From Octopus bimaculoides (Eukaryota), in contig NC_069004.1 of NCBI RefSeq assembly GCF_001194135.2, positions 6,713,243 to 6,754,679 on the forward strand: a stretch of 41,437 bases of DNA, written 5' to 3'. Every line of letters starts with the position of its first letter. Position 1 is the stretch's first letter. The translations under genes and the position numbers were made by a program. Below the pieces are notes generated by a model. The model was not told the origin of the DNA and did no database searches. It saw only the letters and a program-made list of their open reading frames with translations. Positions 1-13,207 of the stretch are shown one piece after another.

Positions 1-85
<85 letters not shown>

Positions 86-88
86 TTA
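1..88. repeat. (TC)n microsatellite, followed by (TA)n/(TG)n compound repeats to about 330
   Basis: Direct reading of the sequence. Confidence 0.98.
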
Positions 89-182
89 TACATATATATA
101 TATTATATATATCCTTATATATCTATCGCTCTCTCACTCTCACTGTTTCTCTCTCTATATATATACATATACATATGCATGT

Positions 183-220
<38 letters not shown>

Positions 221-230
221 NNNNNNNNNN

Positions 231-271
<41 letters not shown>

Positions 272-673
272 TGTGATTGAAATATGTGTGTGTGTGTGTT
301 TGTGCGTGTGTGTGCTTACGTATGTGTATAAGTGGGTGTTAATATAATGCGATTATTTATCTGTTTCTTCCTTAAATATCTAATTATGAGTTCCATTTTC
401 GCTCGTTTCATCTCCACTTCCAAACCTCCATGTCCTAAGCTTTCTCTTTCGCTTGCCCCATCTTCCACTTACACACGCAAACACACACACATACACACAC
501 TTAAATGCCTTATTTCTCTCTTTAATATGGCAATACCATAAAACGGAATGTGCATTCTCTATGCACTCGACCATAGATTGCTAACAGAAAGAGAGATAGA
601 AATAAACGAAATTCTATAAACATAAACACAGGCACACACGTATATACACCACCACGTGACACACATACCATAT

Positions 674-719
<46 letters not shown>

Positions 720-1107
720 ACATACGTATTTATTTATTCAGATATGTATTTATATATATATATATATATATATATAGTTACATGTACGTATATATCTATA
801 CATGTATATAAGTGTTTGTGTGTGTATGTGTGTATTACACAGAGAAAGAAAGATAAAGAGGCGGGCAAGAACAACACAAAAAGACAGACGCAGAGAGAGG
901 GTTAGAGGGAGAGAGGGCCAGTAAGCGTTTCCACATTAGGCTAATGTTCAGTGTTTAGTGAAGCTCAGCAGAATTACTATATAATTAAAGGCATGAGATG
1001 GGGGCCGTTGATAAGGGAAATTCCGTTGGATGAAACTCTAGCTGAACAAATGATCTGGAAAGTAGAATCTAGCAAGGCCGAGCACAATTGGTCTAAATGT
1101 GAATATA

Positions 1108-1167
<60 letters not shown>

Positions 1168-1348
1168 GATGGATATCAGGGAGTCAGGGAACGGGTGTAT
1201 GTATGTATGTATATATGTATGGATGGATGGATGGATGGACGGCTGGATGTATATTTGTAAGTATGAATGTCAAATTGTATGAATATACACACACACATAC
1301 ACATATATGTACGTATGTATGTATGTGTATATATATGCATATTTGTGA

Positions 1349-1391
<43 letters not shown>

Positions 1392-1427
1392 CTATATATA
1401 TTATATATCTATATATATATATATATA

Positions 1428-2075
1428 NNNNNNNNNNNNNNNNNNNNNNNNNNNNNNNNNNNNNNNNNNNNNNNNNNNNNNNNNNNNNNNNNNNNNNNNN
1501 NNNNNNNNNNNNNNNNNNNNNNNNNNNNNNNNNNNNNNNNNNNNNNNNNNNNNNNNNNNNNNNNNNNNNNNNNNNNNNNNNNNNNNNNNNNNNNNNNNNN
1601 NNNNNNNNNNNNNNNNNNNNNNNNNNNNNNNNNNNNNNNNNNNNNNNNNNNNNNNNNNNNNNNNNNNNNNNNNNNNNNNNNNNNNNNNNNNNNNNNNNNN
1701 NNNNNNNNNNNNNNNNNNNNNNNNNNNNNNNNNNNNNNNNNNNNNNNNNNNNNNNNNNNNNNNNNNNNNNNNNNNNNNNNNNNNNNNNNNNNNNNNNNNN
1801 NNNNNNNNNNNNNNNNNNNNNNNNNNNNNNNNNNNNNNNNNNNNNNNNNNNNNNNNNNNNNNNNNNNNNNNNNNNNNNNNNNNNNNNNNNNNNNNNNNNN
1901 NNNNNNNNNNNNNNNNNNNNNNNNNNNNNNNNNNNNNNNNNNNNNNNNNNNNNNNNNNNNNNNNNNNNNNNNNNNNNNNNNNNNNNNNNNNNNNNNNNNN
2001 NNNNNNNNNNNNNNNNNNNNNNNNNNNNNNNNNNNNNNNNNNNNNNNNNNNNNNNNNNNNNNNNNNNNNNNNNNN
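1428..2075. other. Assembly gap (N run), one of 15: 221-230, 1428-2075, 2796-3207, 4200-4596, 8415-8558, 13507-13516, 15965-16655, 17553-18357, 19453-20291, 21813-21861, 22142-22151, 25463-26094, 26962-27648, 29062-29376, 37941-38317
   Basis: N runs, almost all bounded by (TA)n or other simple repeats. Confidence 0.99.
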
Positions 2076-2129
2076 ATATATATATACACAAAGAGAGAGA
2101 TACATATATATATACATATATATATGTAC

Positions 2130-2185
<56 letters not shown>

Positions 2186-3216
2186 ATGCATACTTGGGCA
2201 TATGCAGATATGTATGAGCACATACATATGTTGTAGGCAAATGTCAGTTAGTTTGTGTGTTTATATAATAAATCACTTGAAATATGGACATTAATTTAAT
2301 CAGTGGGTCCATGCATTTTGTGAGAAAGCGTTTATGATTCGGGCAGAACTGGGGTTGGGGACTGGGAGACAGTTTCACGAGAGACACAGAGAATACCTGA
2401 TGTAAGAAATGGCTAAATGAGCGAATAGGATGTATAGACAAAGGAAAAGGTTGATAGTGAATAAGTGAAGGTGGAAGCAAAAGAAATAGAGAGAGAGAGA
2501 AACTAAGCGTTGTAGGGACAGAGAGAGTTTAGGTGGGAGGTAAGCGTGAGAAGAGGGAAGGAAAAGAGGATATGGGGCGGGAGTTTATGAAAAGAGAGGA
2601 GAAAGTGATTTAGATTTCAAAATGGCTTCTGCGTGTAAGTTAGAGGTAGACCTTGGAAATTTGCGGTGAGATGTTTATCGAATGGTCTGATGTCTTCATG
2701 TGTGTTTCTGTGTGTGTATGTATATATATATGTATATATATAATGGAGAGAAAGAAAAAGATACAAACATATATACATATATATATATATATATANNNNN
2801 NNNNNNNNNNNNNNNNNNNNNNNNNNNNNNNNNNNNNNNNNNNNNNNNNNNNNNNNNNNNNNNNNNNNNNNNNNNNNNNNNNNNNNNNNNNNNNNNNNNN
2901 NNNNNNNNNNNNNNNNNNNNNNNNNNNNNNNNNNNNNNNNNNNNNNNNNNNNNNNNNNNNNNNNNNNNNNNNNNNNNNNNNNNNNNNNNNNNNNNNNNNN
3001 NNNNNNNNNNNNNNNNNNNNNNNNNNNNNNNNNNNNNNNNNNNNNNNNNNNNNNNNNNNNNNNNNNNNNNNNNNNNNNNNNNNNNNNNNNNNNNNNNNNN
3101 NNNNNNNNNNNNNNNNNNNNNNNNNNNNNNNNNNNNNNNNNNNNNNNNNNNNNNNNNNNNNNNNNNNNNNNNNNNNNNNNNNNNNNNNNNNNNNNNNNNN
3201 NNNNNNNTATATATAT

Positions 3217-3249
<33 letters not shown>

Positions 3250-3353
3250 CTATTTGTATATCAAATAGATTGATAGATGCATAAACATTCAGATACATGC
3301 ATGCAAACACGCATTCCTCACGCACATATATATATTTATATATATTTACACAC

Positions 3354-3397
<44 letters not shown>

Positions 3398-3687
3398 ATA
3401 CAGTATATATATATGTATATATACAGTATATACATATATATGTGTATACATGTATATATCCGTGTGTATGTGTGTGTGTGCGCATGCGTCTGTGTGTGTG
3501 TACATGTTCCACATTCACGTATATATAAATGCAGGTGAAAAATATGTAAAAGGTACAAAACAACGATGTACAAGGACGGAAAAAAACAATAATAGATGAA
3601 ATATTGAGACGCATTGATAGACAGACACACACACAGACAGACAGACAGAGAAGCAGGCAGACGGACAGACGAACGGACAGAAAGATA

Positions 3688-3698
3688 GATAGATGGAT

Positions 3699-3765
<67 letters not shown>

Positions 3766-3766
3766 C
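3688..3766. repeat. (GATA)n tetranucleotide microsatellite with a (GACA)n lead-in
   Basis: Direct reading. Similar arrays at 3217-3247, 5143-5265 (TATC)n and 38351-38431. Confidence 0.97.
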
Positions 3767-5145
3767 AGAACAACTGAGAACTCTACGTATTGGTAGATAT
3801 GTTGTTAGAAAAACAAAAAGTGAAAGATTAGAAGATGAGAGAGAGAGAGAGAGAGAGAGAGTAAGAAAAACGTGATTGAGAAAAGAAGTGAGTAAAAGGA
3901 GAGAGAGAGAGGCAGAAAGCGAGCGAGAGTGAGAAAGAGAGTGAGAGGTAGAGGGAGAGAACTAAGAAATAAGCCAATGAATGCTTCTGTGCATGACAGT
4001 GATTTTGTGTTTGTGTGTGTGTAACTATGAGTGTTTGTGTGTGTGTATGCTAGTGTATTTATTCGTGTGCACGTATGCTTGTTCACGTGCGTAGTATTTC
4101 TGTATGTATGTATGTACATATATCTGTGTGTGTGCGTGTGTGTGTGTGTATGCACTATCTACATATATATATGTAGATATATATATATATATATATATAN
4201 NNNNNNNNNNNNNNNNNNNNNNNNNNNNNNNNNNNNNNNNNNNNNNNNNNNNNNNNNNNNNNNNNNNNNNNNNNNNNNNNNNNNNNNNNNNNNNNNNNNN
4301 NNNNNNNNNNNNNNNNNNNNNNNNNNNNNNNNNNNNNNNNNNNNNNNNNNNNNNNNNNNNNNNNNNNNNNNNNNNNNNNNNNNNNNNNNNNNNNNNNNNN
4401 NNNNNNNNNNNNNNNNNNNNNNNNNNNNNNNNNNNNNNNNNNNNNNNNNNNNNNNNNNNNNNNNNNNNNNNNNNNNNNNNNNNNNNNNNNNNNNNNNNNN
4501 NNNNNNNNNNNNNNNNNNNNNNNNNNNNNNNNNNNNNNNNNNNNNNNNNNNNNNNNNNNNNNNNNNNNNNNNNNNNNNNNNNNNNNNNNNNNNNNNTATT
4601 TTTCGGTATGCCTGTGTGTGAGAGAGAGTGTGTGTCTGCCTGTGTTCGTTGTGTGTGTTTGTGTCTCTGATTGTGTTTGTGTGTGCGCGCGTGTGTATGT
4701 GTGTGTGTGCAGGCGAGTGAGTGGATGTTTGAACGGAAAAAGTAAAGGGATATTTGTGGCGTATTTACGTTGACCTTATTGGGTTCTAATATTGATTTAT
4801 TGAACGCTTTACTGGTAGAAACAGCTAAATGGCAGCCATATTGAATTCCCTTTCGTGCTCCGTCCCGTTTATCGAATAGATTCTAACACACGTTACTAAA
4901 CATTACTTTCATATTCTCAATCACTAGTCCCTAGGTAACAGCAGTTTTCCCCTCGCAAACATTGCCTCTTACTTTTAATTACAATATAACGTACATAACA
5001 TTTTAAACCAGGCAAACAATGTTATCTTCGGTTTGCTCTTTCTTGCCGTTCCTACATTCTCACAAATAATCGCCTCCTCCTGCCTCCTGTCTCATTCTAT
5101 CTCCGCTCCTCTGCTATTTTTCCACTCATACTTTATCTATGTATC

Positions 5146-5266
<121 letters not shown>

Positions 5267-5342
5267 CCTCACTCTCTCTTCCATTTGTCTCTCGCCCACT
5301 CTCACTTTATATATATATATATATGTTCTTTTATTCATTTAT

Positions 5343-5589
5343 CCGCCTTTAGTGGAACAACTCCTCACCAGAACTTATTCTTTGTAACCCCAGCACTTAT
5401 TATATCTGTCTCTTTTGCCGAACTGTTAAGTTACAGGGATGTAAACACACCAACTTCTATTATCAAGCGATGGTAGTGACAGCGGGGACAAACAAACACA
5501 CACAAACATATACATATGCACTTGCCCAAGGCACCACGCAGTGGAACTGAACCCGGAACCATGTGGCTGGTAAGCAAACTACTTACCAC
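5343..5589 (-). mobile_element. tRNA-derived CORE-like SINE (family A), internally deleted copy
   Basis: The minus strand reads gtggtaagtagtttgcttaccagccacatggttccgggttcagttccactgcgtggtgccttgggcaagtg (Pol III head plus a CORE-like ccttgggcaagt motif), then a CA/TG linker and a tail shared with the copies at 9732, 24228 and 25030. The segment seen at 19135-19215 is missing. Confidence 0.88.
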
Positions 5590-6003
5590 GTCTACCTATT
5601 TATCTCTCTATTTATCTATCTGCCTTTTTATATCTCCCTACCTATCTATTTCTCCCCCTCTCACTCTTTCTCTGCAACCCTCTCTCTGAATGCCTGTCTA
5701 TCTGTCTGGCTCACTTTATGTCTCACTATTGTTTCCCAAATGCCAAGACACAGCCATATTCACCCTCTATTATTTTGTCTCAGCCAGTCTCTCTCCTGTT
5801 TTTCTATCCCTGTTTCTGACTCTCACCGTATCTATTTGTTTCTCGTATATCCCCTGTTTCTGCACATGCACACGTATGCGTACATGCACAGTCATGTATA
5901 CATTTGTATATGTATATATATATTAAATTCAAGCTTGTATATATATATATATATAGATACGTAGACTCTGATAAAAGTATGTGCGAATACGGGCGAGTAC
6001 GTA

Positions 6004-6015
<12 letters not shown>

Positions 6016-6081
<66 letters not shown>
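6016..6081. repeat. (TA)n microsatellite
   Basis: Direct reading; representative of dozens of (TA)n/(CA)n/(TG)n compound arrays across the window. Confidence 0.98.
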
Positions 6082-6087
<6 letters not shown>

Positions 6088-6232
6088 CATACACTCAAAC
6101 ACGCACGCGCGCATATATACACATATCACTTTAATTATTTATCCTCCCCTCCTTCTTTCTCTACATCTCTCTTTCATTCCCATTTTTCCATCTTAGTTTC
6201 TGTCTTTCATTTCCTTCTGAAATTTTACCACT

Positions 6233-6280
<48 letters not shown>

Positions 6281-6573
6281 CCTCTCAGTATATGAATTCT
6301 TCTCTCTTTACCTTTGTTATTTCATTTCGTTACTCCTCCTCACTCTCTCTCTCTCACTTTCTCTCTCTCCCTCTCTGCCTCTCCCTTCTCTCATTCTTTT
6401 TTTTTTTTCATTTTTGGCCACGTTCTTCTTCCTTTTTTTGTTGTTGTTTGTCTTTTCTTTTTCTCTTTTTCTTTCAATAGCTATGCGCAAAATGTGATCA
6501 AAGCTTATGTGGTGCTTTAATTTCATCGCTATTATTCATTCGGTACACCAATGAAGACAACAAATGTATACAT

Positions 6574-6623
<50 letters not shown>

Positions 6624-7361
6624 CCAACACACATGCATACATATGTATATGAATGTTTGCTGTTAGAAAGAGAGAGCGGGAAGTGGAGACAGAGAAATGC
6701 AAGTGTGAACGAAACACAGCAACAGATACAATATGCATAATTATACACACATTGCACGTAAAGACTTAATACACATGCGTACTCGCACATATACACACAA
6801 ACACACACATACACACACACATATATATATGCATATAATAATGCATATATATATATATATAATATATACACAGATAGATACATATATATACAGACGTGCG
6901 ACCTTGATTTAACAGCATTACCATTTGGCCACGCATACCCGCATATGCAACTATGTATAAATATGTATATATATATATATGCATATGTACATACACGAAG
7001 CTTTTATACATATGCATACCTGTATACATGTATGTAAATTTCAATGTTTGTATTTCAAAACAGAGAGATATTTAATCAGTACAAGAGACAGAGTGAATAT
7101 ATATTATCAAATGTCTCTCCATCTTGAATCGCAGTATTGATTCCGATTCTGTTGACCGACCAAACAAACGTTTTACATGAGAACAACGTGATAATATGTA
7201 TGTATACATATATATAGGTATACATATATATATCATTTAACACCTTTCACTATATATTTCCCAATCAATTTAAACTCAATGACGAATTATTTTGCAATGT
7301 GTTAGTAATTTTTTTTTTTTTGTCATCTCTGTAGCTTTGTAGTTTATCCTGTTACGTACCT

Positions 7362-7707
7362 CGTGAGAAGTTAGCCGAGTTCATCCTGCCAGTGATAGTT
7401 TACGGCAGTGTAACATGCGCTCTCAGCACCACCATCATAAGAGCCATCCAGGAGAAGAAATACAGATGGGCTGGCCACATCGCACGACTGAAGAACAACA
7501 GACAATCAGGGTGATGGAATGGACCCCACGACAATGGATTAGATGAAGAGTCCGACCAAAAACCAGTGGTTGAGATGGTCTCACCCATTACCTGGGGTCT
7601 GAATAGCCACAACTGGCCAGAGACAGAGAGGGGTGGAAGGAGTCCAGAGAGGGATTCCTCCTTCAGAAATGGTGAAGCCTTGGTTAAAAAGAAGAAAAAA
7701 AAAAGAA
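7362..7707 (+). mobile_element. RTE-clade LINE 3' fragment (decayed ORF C-terminus), internally deleted, with an A/GAA-rich tail
   Basis: Manual translation gives FILPVIVYGSVTCAL (cf. ILPVLLYGSETW), then TIIRAIQEKKYRWAGHIARLKNNR / IRVMEWTPRQWIR*RVRPKTSG*DGLTHYLGSE*PQLARDREGWKESREGFLLQKW* (cf. RTE KWRWAGHVAR...EWxPR..KRxRGRP..RW.D...A.DR..W). It carries stops and one frameshift and is followed by aaaaagaagaaaaaaaaaagaa. Confidence 0.85.
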
Positions 7708-7873
7708 CTATACGCATAAGATTTGAACTTTGGTTGGAAGGGGTCTGGGGGGTTACGAATACCGCAGTACTTGGCTGGTATTCACCTTATCTAACCAGGA
7801 TAGTCAGAAAGCAAATTTAATTGCGTTGGAGTTCGAAATATGAATATAAAGAAAATATTTTCAATGCTTCATA

Positions 7874-7895
7874 GATTCTGACAGTTCACCGCCTT
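7874..7895 (-). mobile_element. Isolated 5' head fragment of SINE family B
   Basis: gattctgacagttcaccgcctt matches the heads at 12814-12834 and 31411-31430; very short. Confidence 0.45.
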
Positions 7896-7938
7896 CTGCC
7901 AGGTAAGAATAACAACATAAACAACATTCATAGTAGTA

Positions 7939-7973
<35 letters not shown>

Positions 7974-8120
7974 CCTTTATACTATAGGCATGAGGCCTGG
8001 AATTTGGAGGGAGGGGTAAGTCGATTGCCTCGACCCCCAGTGCTCAACTGGTACTTATTTTCTCGACCCCAAAAGGATGAAAGGCAAAGTCGACCTCGGA
8101 GGAGTTTGAATTCAGAACGT
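7974..8120 (-). mobile_element. tRNA-derived SINE family B, 5'-truncated just upstream of the B box
   Basis: Aligns by eye with 12633-12834, 31211-31430 and 35501-35704 (ctggtactta...tcgacc...aaaggatgaaaggcaaagtcgacc...tttgaa.tcagaacgt). Flanked by (GAT)n and (GAA)n. Confidence 0.88.
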
Positions 8121-8127
8121 GAAGAAA

Positions 8128-8196
8128 GAGAAGAAGAAGAAGAAGAAGAAGAAGAAGAAGAAGAAGAAGAAGAAGAAGAAGAAGAAGAAGAAGAAG

Positions 8197-8226
<30 letters not shown>
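8128..8226. repeat. (GAA)n trinucleotide microsatellite
   Basis: Direct reading; source of the poly-E and poly-K ORFs. Confidence 0.98.
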
Positions 8227-8227
<1 letters not shown>

Positions 8228-9731
8228 TGAACATGATGATCATGATGATGAAAACGAGGACAATATGTAAATATGTGTGTGCTTTATGCATAAAAATATA
8301 TGATTAAATAACATACATATAAGCAATATATAAATACACGCACATACATATATGTATATATATATTTGTTTATACACACAATAGCAAACACATGTATATA
8401 TATAAATATATATANNNNNNNNNNNNNNNNNNNNNNNNNNNNNNNNNNNNNNNNNNNNNNNNNNNNNNNNNNNNNNNNNNNNNNNNNNNNNNNNNNNNNN
8501 NNNNNNNNNNNNNNNNNNNNNNNNNNNNNNNNNNNNNNNNNNNNNNNNNNNNNNNNNNATATATATATAATCATATGTACGTATACACAGGTTTTTTCAC
8601 ATATATGTATATATATATATATATCAATATCAATGGAACGAAGGATAAAAGATTAAGGATGAAAAGCGTAATAGATGAATGAATGAGAGGGGGAAAATAT
8701 TTATTTATATCGTATATGCTGCCATTGCATGCGATAAATCGAGTCAGATGTTTGACCTTTCGACCTAATCGGATTTATTCACATGCAAAAAGGCTATATC
8801 ATACTAACTCCATTGACAAAACATATATGTGTGTGTGCATGCGCGCGTGTGTGTATGTGCGTGTGCGTACATATATATATAATTACACATACATACATAT
8901 ATATATATATATATGTGTGTATTAATGTATATATAAGTATATTATATGTTATATACGTTATGTGTGTATGTGTCTGTGTTTATATGTATGTATGTATGTA
9001 TGCATGTGAAATGAGCGATGCTAAATCCTAACTTATGAACCATTATTAAGGGCGATATCGAAAATCATGAGAATGGTGTGATTGTCAGTGTGAAATGATA
9101 AATGAGAAGAAAGTGGACTCCCTTCAAAAGATTCAAAGAACGAATGATTGAACTGTGAATGTGTGATGGTTTGTGGATTCACCTGAGGGTCATTGTACAA
9201 AATATATAAATATGCATGCTTGATGTGCGGGTTTTGCATATATGGAAATGTACAAATGTATGTCTGTTTTATTTGTTATCTTTTATCTTTCGCTTGTTTC
9301 AGTCATTGGATTACGCCCTTACTGAGGCACCGCCTTAGAGTGTTTATCCGAATAAAGCGACTCAGCAGTTATTTATTAAATCTAGACTTATTCTATTATT
9401 GCCTGTGTTACAAGGACGTAAAGGAACCAATACCGGTCGTTAGGTTATAAGGGAAACAACCAGAAATATACATATATACGAATATACATTTATAATTTAA
9501 TGTAGACAATATAACGATAAGAGTTTCTAATAGTTTCTTGCTATGAGGACACGTGTCTAGACGAGTTTTTATAACATGATTGTGTCTCTATATATTATTT
9601 CTGGAATAAATATACGGAGGAACGAAGATCTGTTGAGATAAGGGCCTTCTGAAGACATCAGTGTGCTTCGGACATGTGCTACCATTAGCCCGACTTAACG
9701 ACTACTCTATGAGGGTTTCTGTGTCTTTAAT

Positions 9732-10141
9732 CTCTTATCTTTGATTTGTTTCTGTCGTTAGACTAAGGCCATGCTGGGGCAACGCCTTGGAGAAATTTAG
9801 ATGAACGAATCGACCCCAATACATTTTTTTTTCAAAACTTTGTATTTATTCTGTTGGAATCTCTTGGCAAACTGCTAATTTACGGGGACGAGATCACTAA
9901 GTACCCGGTTGTCAAACAGTGGTAACGGACAAACACAGAAACAAAGACTAACACACATAAATACACACACACACATATATATATATATATGTATACATAT
10001 ATACGACGGGTTCCTTTCAAGTTACATCTACCAAATCCACTAACAAGGCTTTGGTGGGGCCGACGCCACACTACACGACACTTCTCCAAGGTAGCATGTG
10101 GTGGAACTGAACCCGAAACCATGTGTTTGAGAAGCAAACTT
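9732..10141 (-). mobile_element. SINE family A, near full-length diverged copy
   Basis: Head (aagtttgcttctcaaacacatggtttcgggttcagttccaccacatgctaccttggagaag), body (caccaaagccttgttagtggatttggtagatg...gaacccgtcgtata), TA/CA linker and tail (ggcgttgccccagcatggcc) are colinear with the other copies. Confidence 0.85.
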
Positions 10142-10828
10142 AAGTATATTCTGTTTTCGCTTTCGTTATCGTCTTCGCTCCTTTGTTTCTCTCATTATAT
10201 ATTTTCTTGTTCCCATGATAACTCGTTTAAAATTATCGTTCGGTGTACAGACATCATATTTTCTTGTTATTTGGTCCATGTCTCACTTTTCTGCTACTCT
10301 AACATATCCGATCGTATATACCCCCAGCAGCTTATGTTCCTGACACCGGCAAATTGGTTAATATTATTGGAAAGTGACAAAATTATGATGATATTTGGTG
10401 AATAACTGCTGAGGTCTTGAGCATGTCTCCATTGTATGTGTAACTTTCCTATTTGTCCGTATGTTCTTTTACCGTCCGCATGTGCCACATTCTTATCATC
10501 AGCCAATTATCTTAGACAGCACAGCTTAATTGTTATGAAGTTTGTAATTGTATTTTTCTCAAGAGAAATTAGTTTATATGCCTACACACAGCGAATATCT
10601 CTGTTTTCAATATACTGACGTGCTGAAAGAACTTTACGTTAAAAAATCAATAATTAAGAGGGACATAGTACATCCTATGTGGCAATTTCACTCGTATTCA
10701 ATACATCTATCTATGTACCGAATAACTGATTTATCATCTCAAGTCGAATTAACAAATATTACATTTTGTGTACATTTATTACCGCTTCTGTATCCGAATA
10801 AATATATGCATCTGTATATATATATCTA

Positions 10829-10882
<54 letters not shown>

Positions 10883-12200
10883 CTTGAGTGTTGATATAGA
10901 TTTCGTTGTAACTCGGGACCGTCATTATGCCAATATTAAACACACACGATTCTGTTGAACTTCTTATATTATAATTAGTTAATTAGTAACGATGTAACCA
11001 AGTATCCAAGTGACTAATCGATTGCTTAATTAATTGTTCGATTCATCGATCAATCGATTAGGTTTGTCAAAATCCTTTCTTCGTCATTCGAGATCTAATG
11101 AATGACATGCTCTCTCTACGTTACGAAGGCGATGAAAAGATAGTGACAAAACTAGTCGACAGATTGATTAACTCAAAGATCAATAAAGGAACAGATTGTC
11201 TAATTGGTAAATCGGTTAACAAGATTACTAATAATAATATTAAATTAAGTGAGGTAGAAATAGTGTGTGTTTGTTATTGGCATAATGACCCTCCCAAGAT
11301 ATAATAAAAACACTAATTAATTATTTTTGCCTTCTGAAAAGTATCTTTTACCGAATACAGGTGTTATAAGTGAATGACTTTAAGTTTTAGGATTAGTTAG
11401 TATAGTAATGAGAAAGGTTTGTAAAGCGTTCTGTGTACGATATATTCGTTCAGTCTCTGGCCACGTACTGCTGTATCCAATCATGAAAGTTGAGGCAGCA
11501 CATGTATAACTCCTGTATTTATTTAATAGTACATATATACTCTATATGATTTAATGTTACACATGGTAACAGAATCCTCAACGAATTACACTTTAATTTA
11601 AAGAATTAGTAGTTGAATTGATCAACGAAATGATTTATCGCCGCCGAATCCGACGGGAATCCAACACTTGTTTACTACACAATATTAGACGAAACATTAA
11701 TGAAGTAAACCAAAAACACCTATTTAATTAAATAACTTTAATCATGCTAGCAATTATTAATAAATCTCTGTTCATAATTTGACTTATGAAACCGTATTAA
11801 ATTATATTATGATAGTTTAAAAATATCATTAGAAAATATTTAATTACAATATATAATATTCTGTTATATTTTATTGTAAATCTATTATTATATTTATTCT
11901 GACAGTTACGACATAACATTTAACAACTAACTCTAACAGCGATCAGGACAGTTCTTTCAACCTCTAGAAGTAACAGCAATATTGTCCTCAAATAACAATT
12001 TACAGTCTCATGTGTATATATATAAGTATGTAAGAGCCAACGAGCGACACCTCTGTACACTCACATGACCTGATAGACTTAGGACGCAAATTTTCTTTAA
12101 ATCTCGCCTTGCTGGGGAGAATATATGTGCGCGCATGTGTGTGCGTGTGTGTGTGTTTATAGTAAAAAAAAGAATTTCGGTCAAGAGATTTTCTCCACAT

Positions 12201-12240
<40 letters not shown>

Positions 12241-12582
12241 TATATCGTTTTTGGATTTGGTTTGCAAGATTCTTTATATGAGTTCGTGTTTTGAAGCGTA
12301 TTCTGTTGCATCTGGGGAGAGTCATTTTCTTTTTGCCTTATAATTTAACACACTCACAAGTAAAATTTCCACTTATTCCTTATTTTTATTTTCTTAAAAT
12401 TTTCGTTGCGTCTTGCAAACTTTTCAATAGTCTTATATATATAGTTACATAAATACCAGACTAATTTCAACAATTTTTTGTTTATCAAACCTATAGAAAA
12501 CAAGGAATTTTAACAATTTAAAATTGCGTGGTAGGAAACTTGTGTAACTGGTTAAATATTCACAAAATTCAAGTACAAACCC

Positions 12583-12617
12583 CCGGCGTGCTAACGATTG
12601 TGTTAGCTCACCGCCTT
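12583..12617 (-). mobile_element. 5' head fragment of SINE family B, separated from the next copy by (AAT)4
   Basis: ccggcgtgctaacgattgtgttagctcaccgcctt resembles 12800-12834 and 31396-31430. Confidence 0.7.
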
Positions 12618-12632
12618 AATAATAATAATTAG

Positions 12633-12989
<357 letters not shown>

Positions 12990-13072
12990 ATGAACTTCTA
13001 ACTTGTCTCTTGAGGTCTCTGAGTGAGACTTGGATCCAACTTGTACAAATGCAAAACAAAAGTCAAGCATAA

Positions 13073-13106
<34 letters not shown>

Positions 13107-13130
13107 GTTATTATTATTATTATTATTATG

Positions 13131-13181
<51 letters not shown>

Positions 13182-13207
13182 GTTTTTGGTTTTATTATTA
13201 TTATTAT
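13073..13207. repeat. (AAT)n followed directly by (ATT)n: inverted microsatellite
   Basis: aataataat...aatag|ttattattatt... Confidence 0.95.

Noticed and set aside
933-947. Perfect 15-bp quasi-palindrome acattag-g-ctaatgt as a paired-homeodomain P3 site
   Set aside because: The orientation is ATTA-nnn-TAAT, not TAAT-nnn-ATTA, and one short palindrome in 41 kb is expected by chance.
951-2294. Long ORFs spanning N-gaps (also 15843-16898, 17524-18492, 19217-20455, 25281-26207, 26806-27797 and others)
   Set aside because: They are open only because N, (TA)n and (CA)n give no stop codons. The YI/HT/CV dipeptide runs are translated microsatellites.
8004-8307. Poly-Glu and poly-Lys ORFs, and similar poly-N/L/I/T/Q ORFs at 12759-13310, 17183-17484, 18528-18755 and 24501-24737
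   Set aside because: These are translations of SINE sequence plus trinucleotide microsatellites, with no domain content or splice support.
9033-9239. Unique-looking 68-aa minus-strand ORF, and the 70-aa ORF at 10294-10506
   Set aside because: No recognisable domain, no convincing splice-site pair, and lengths expected by chance.
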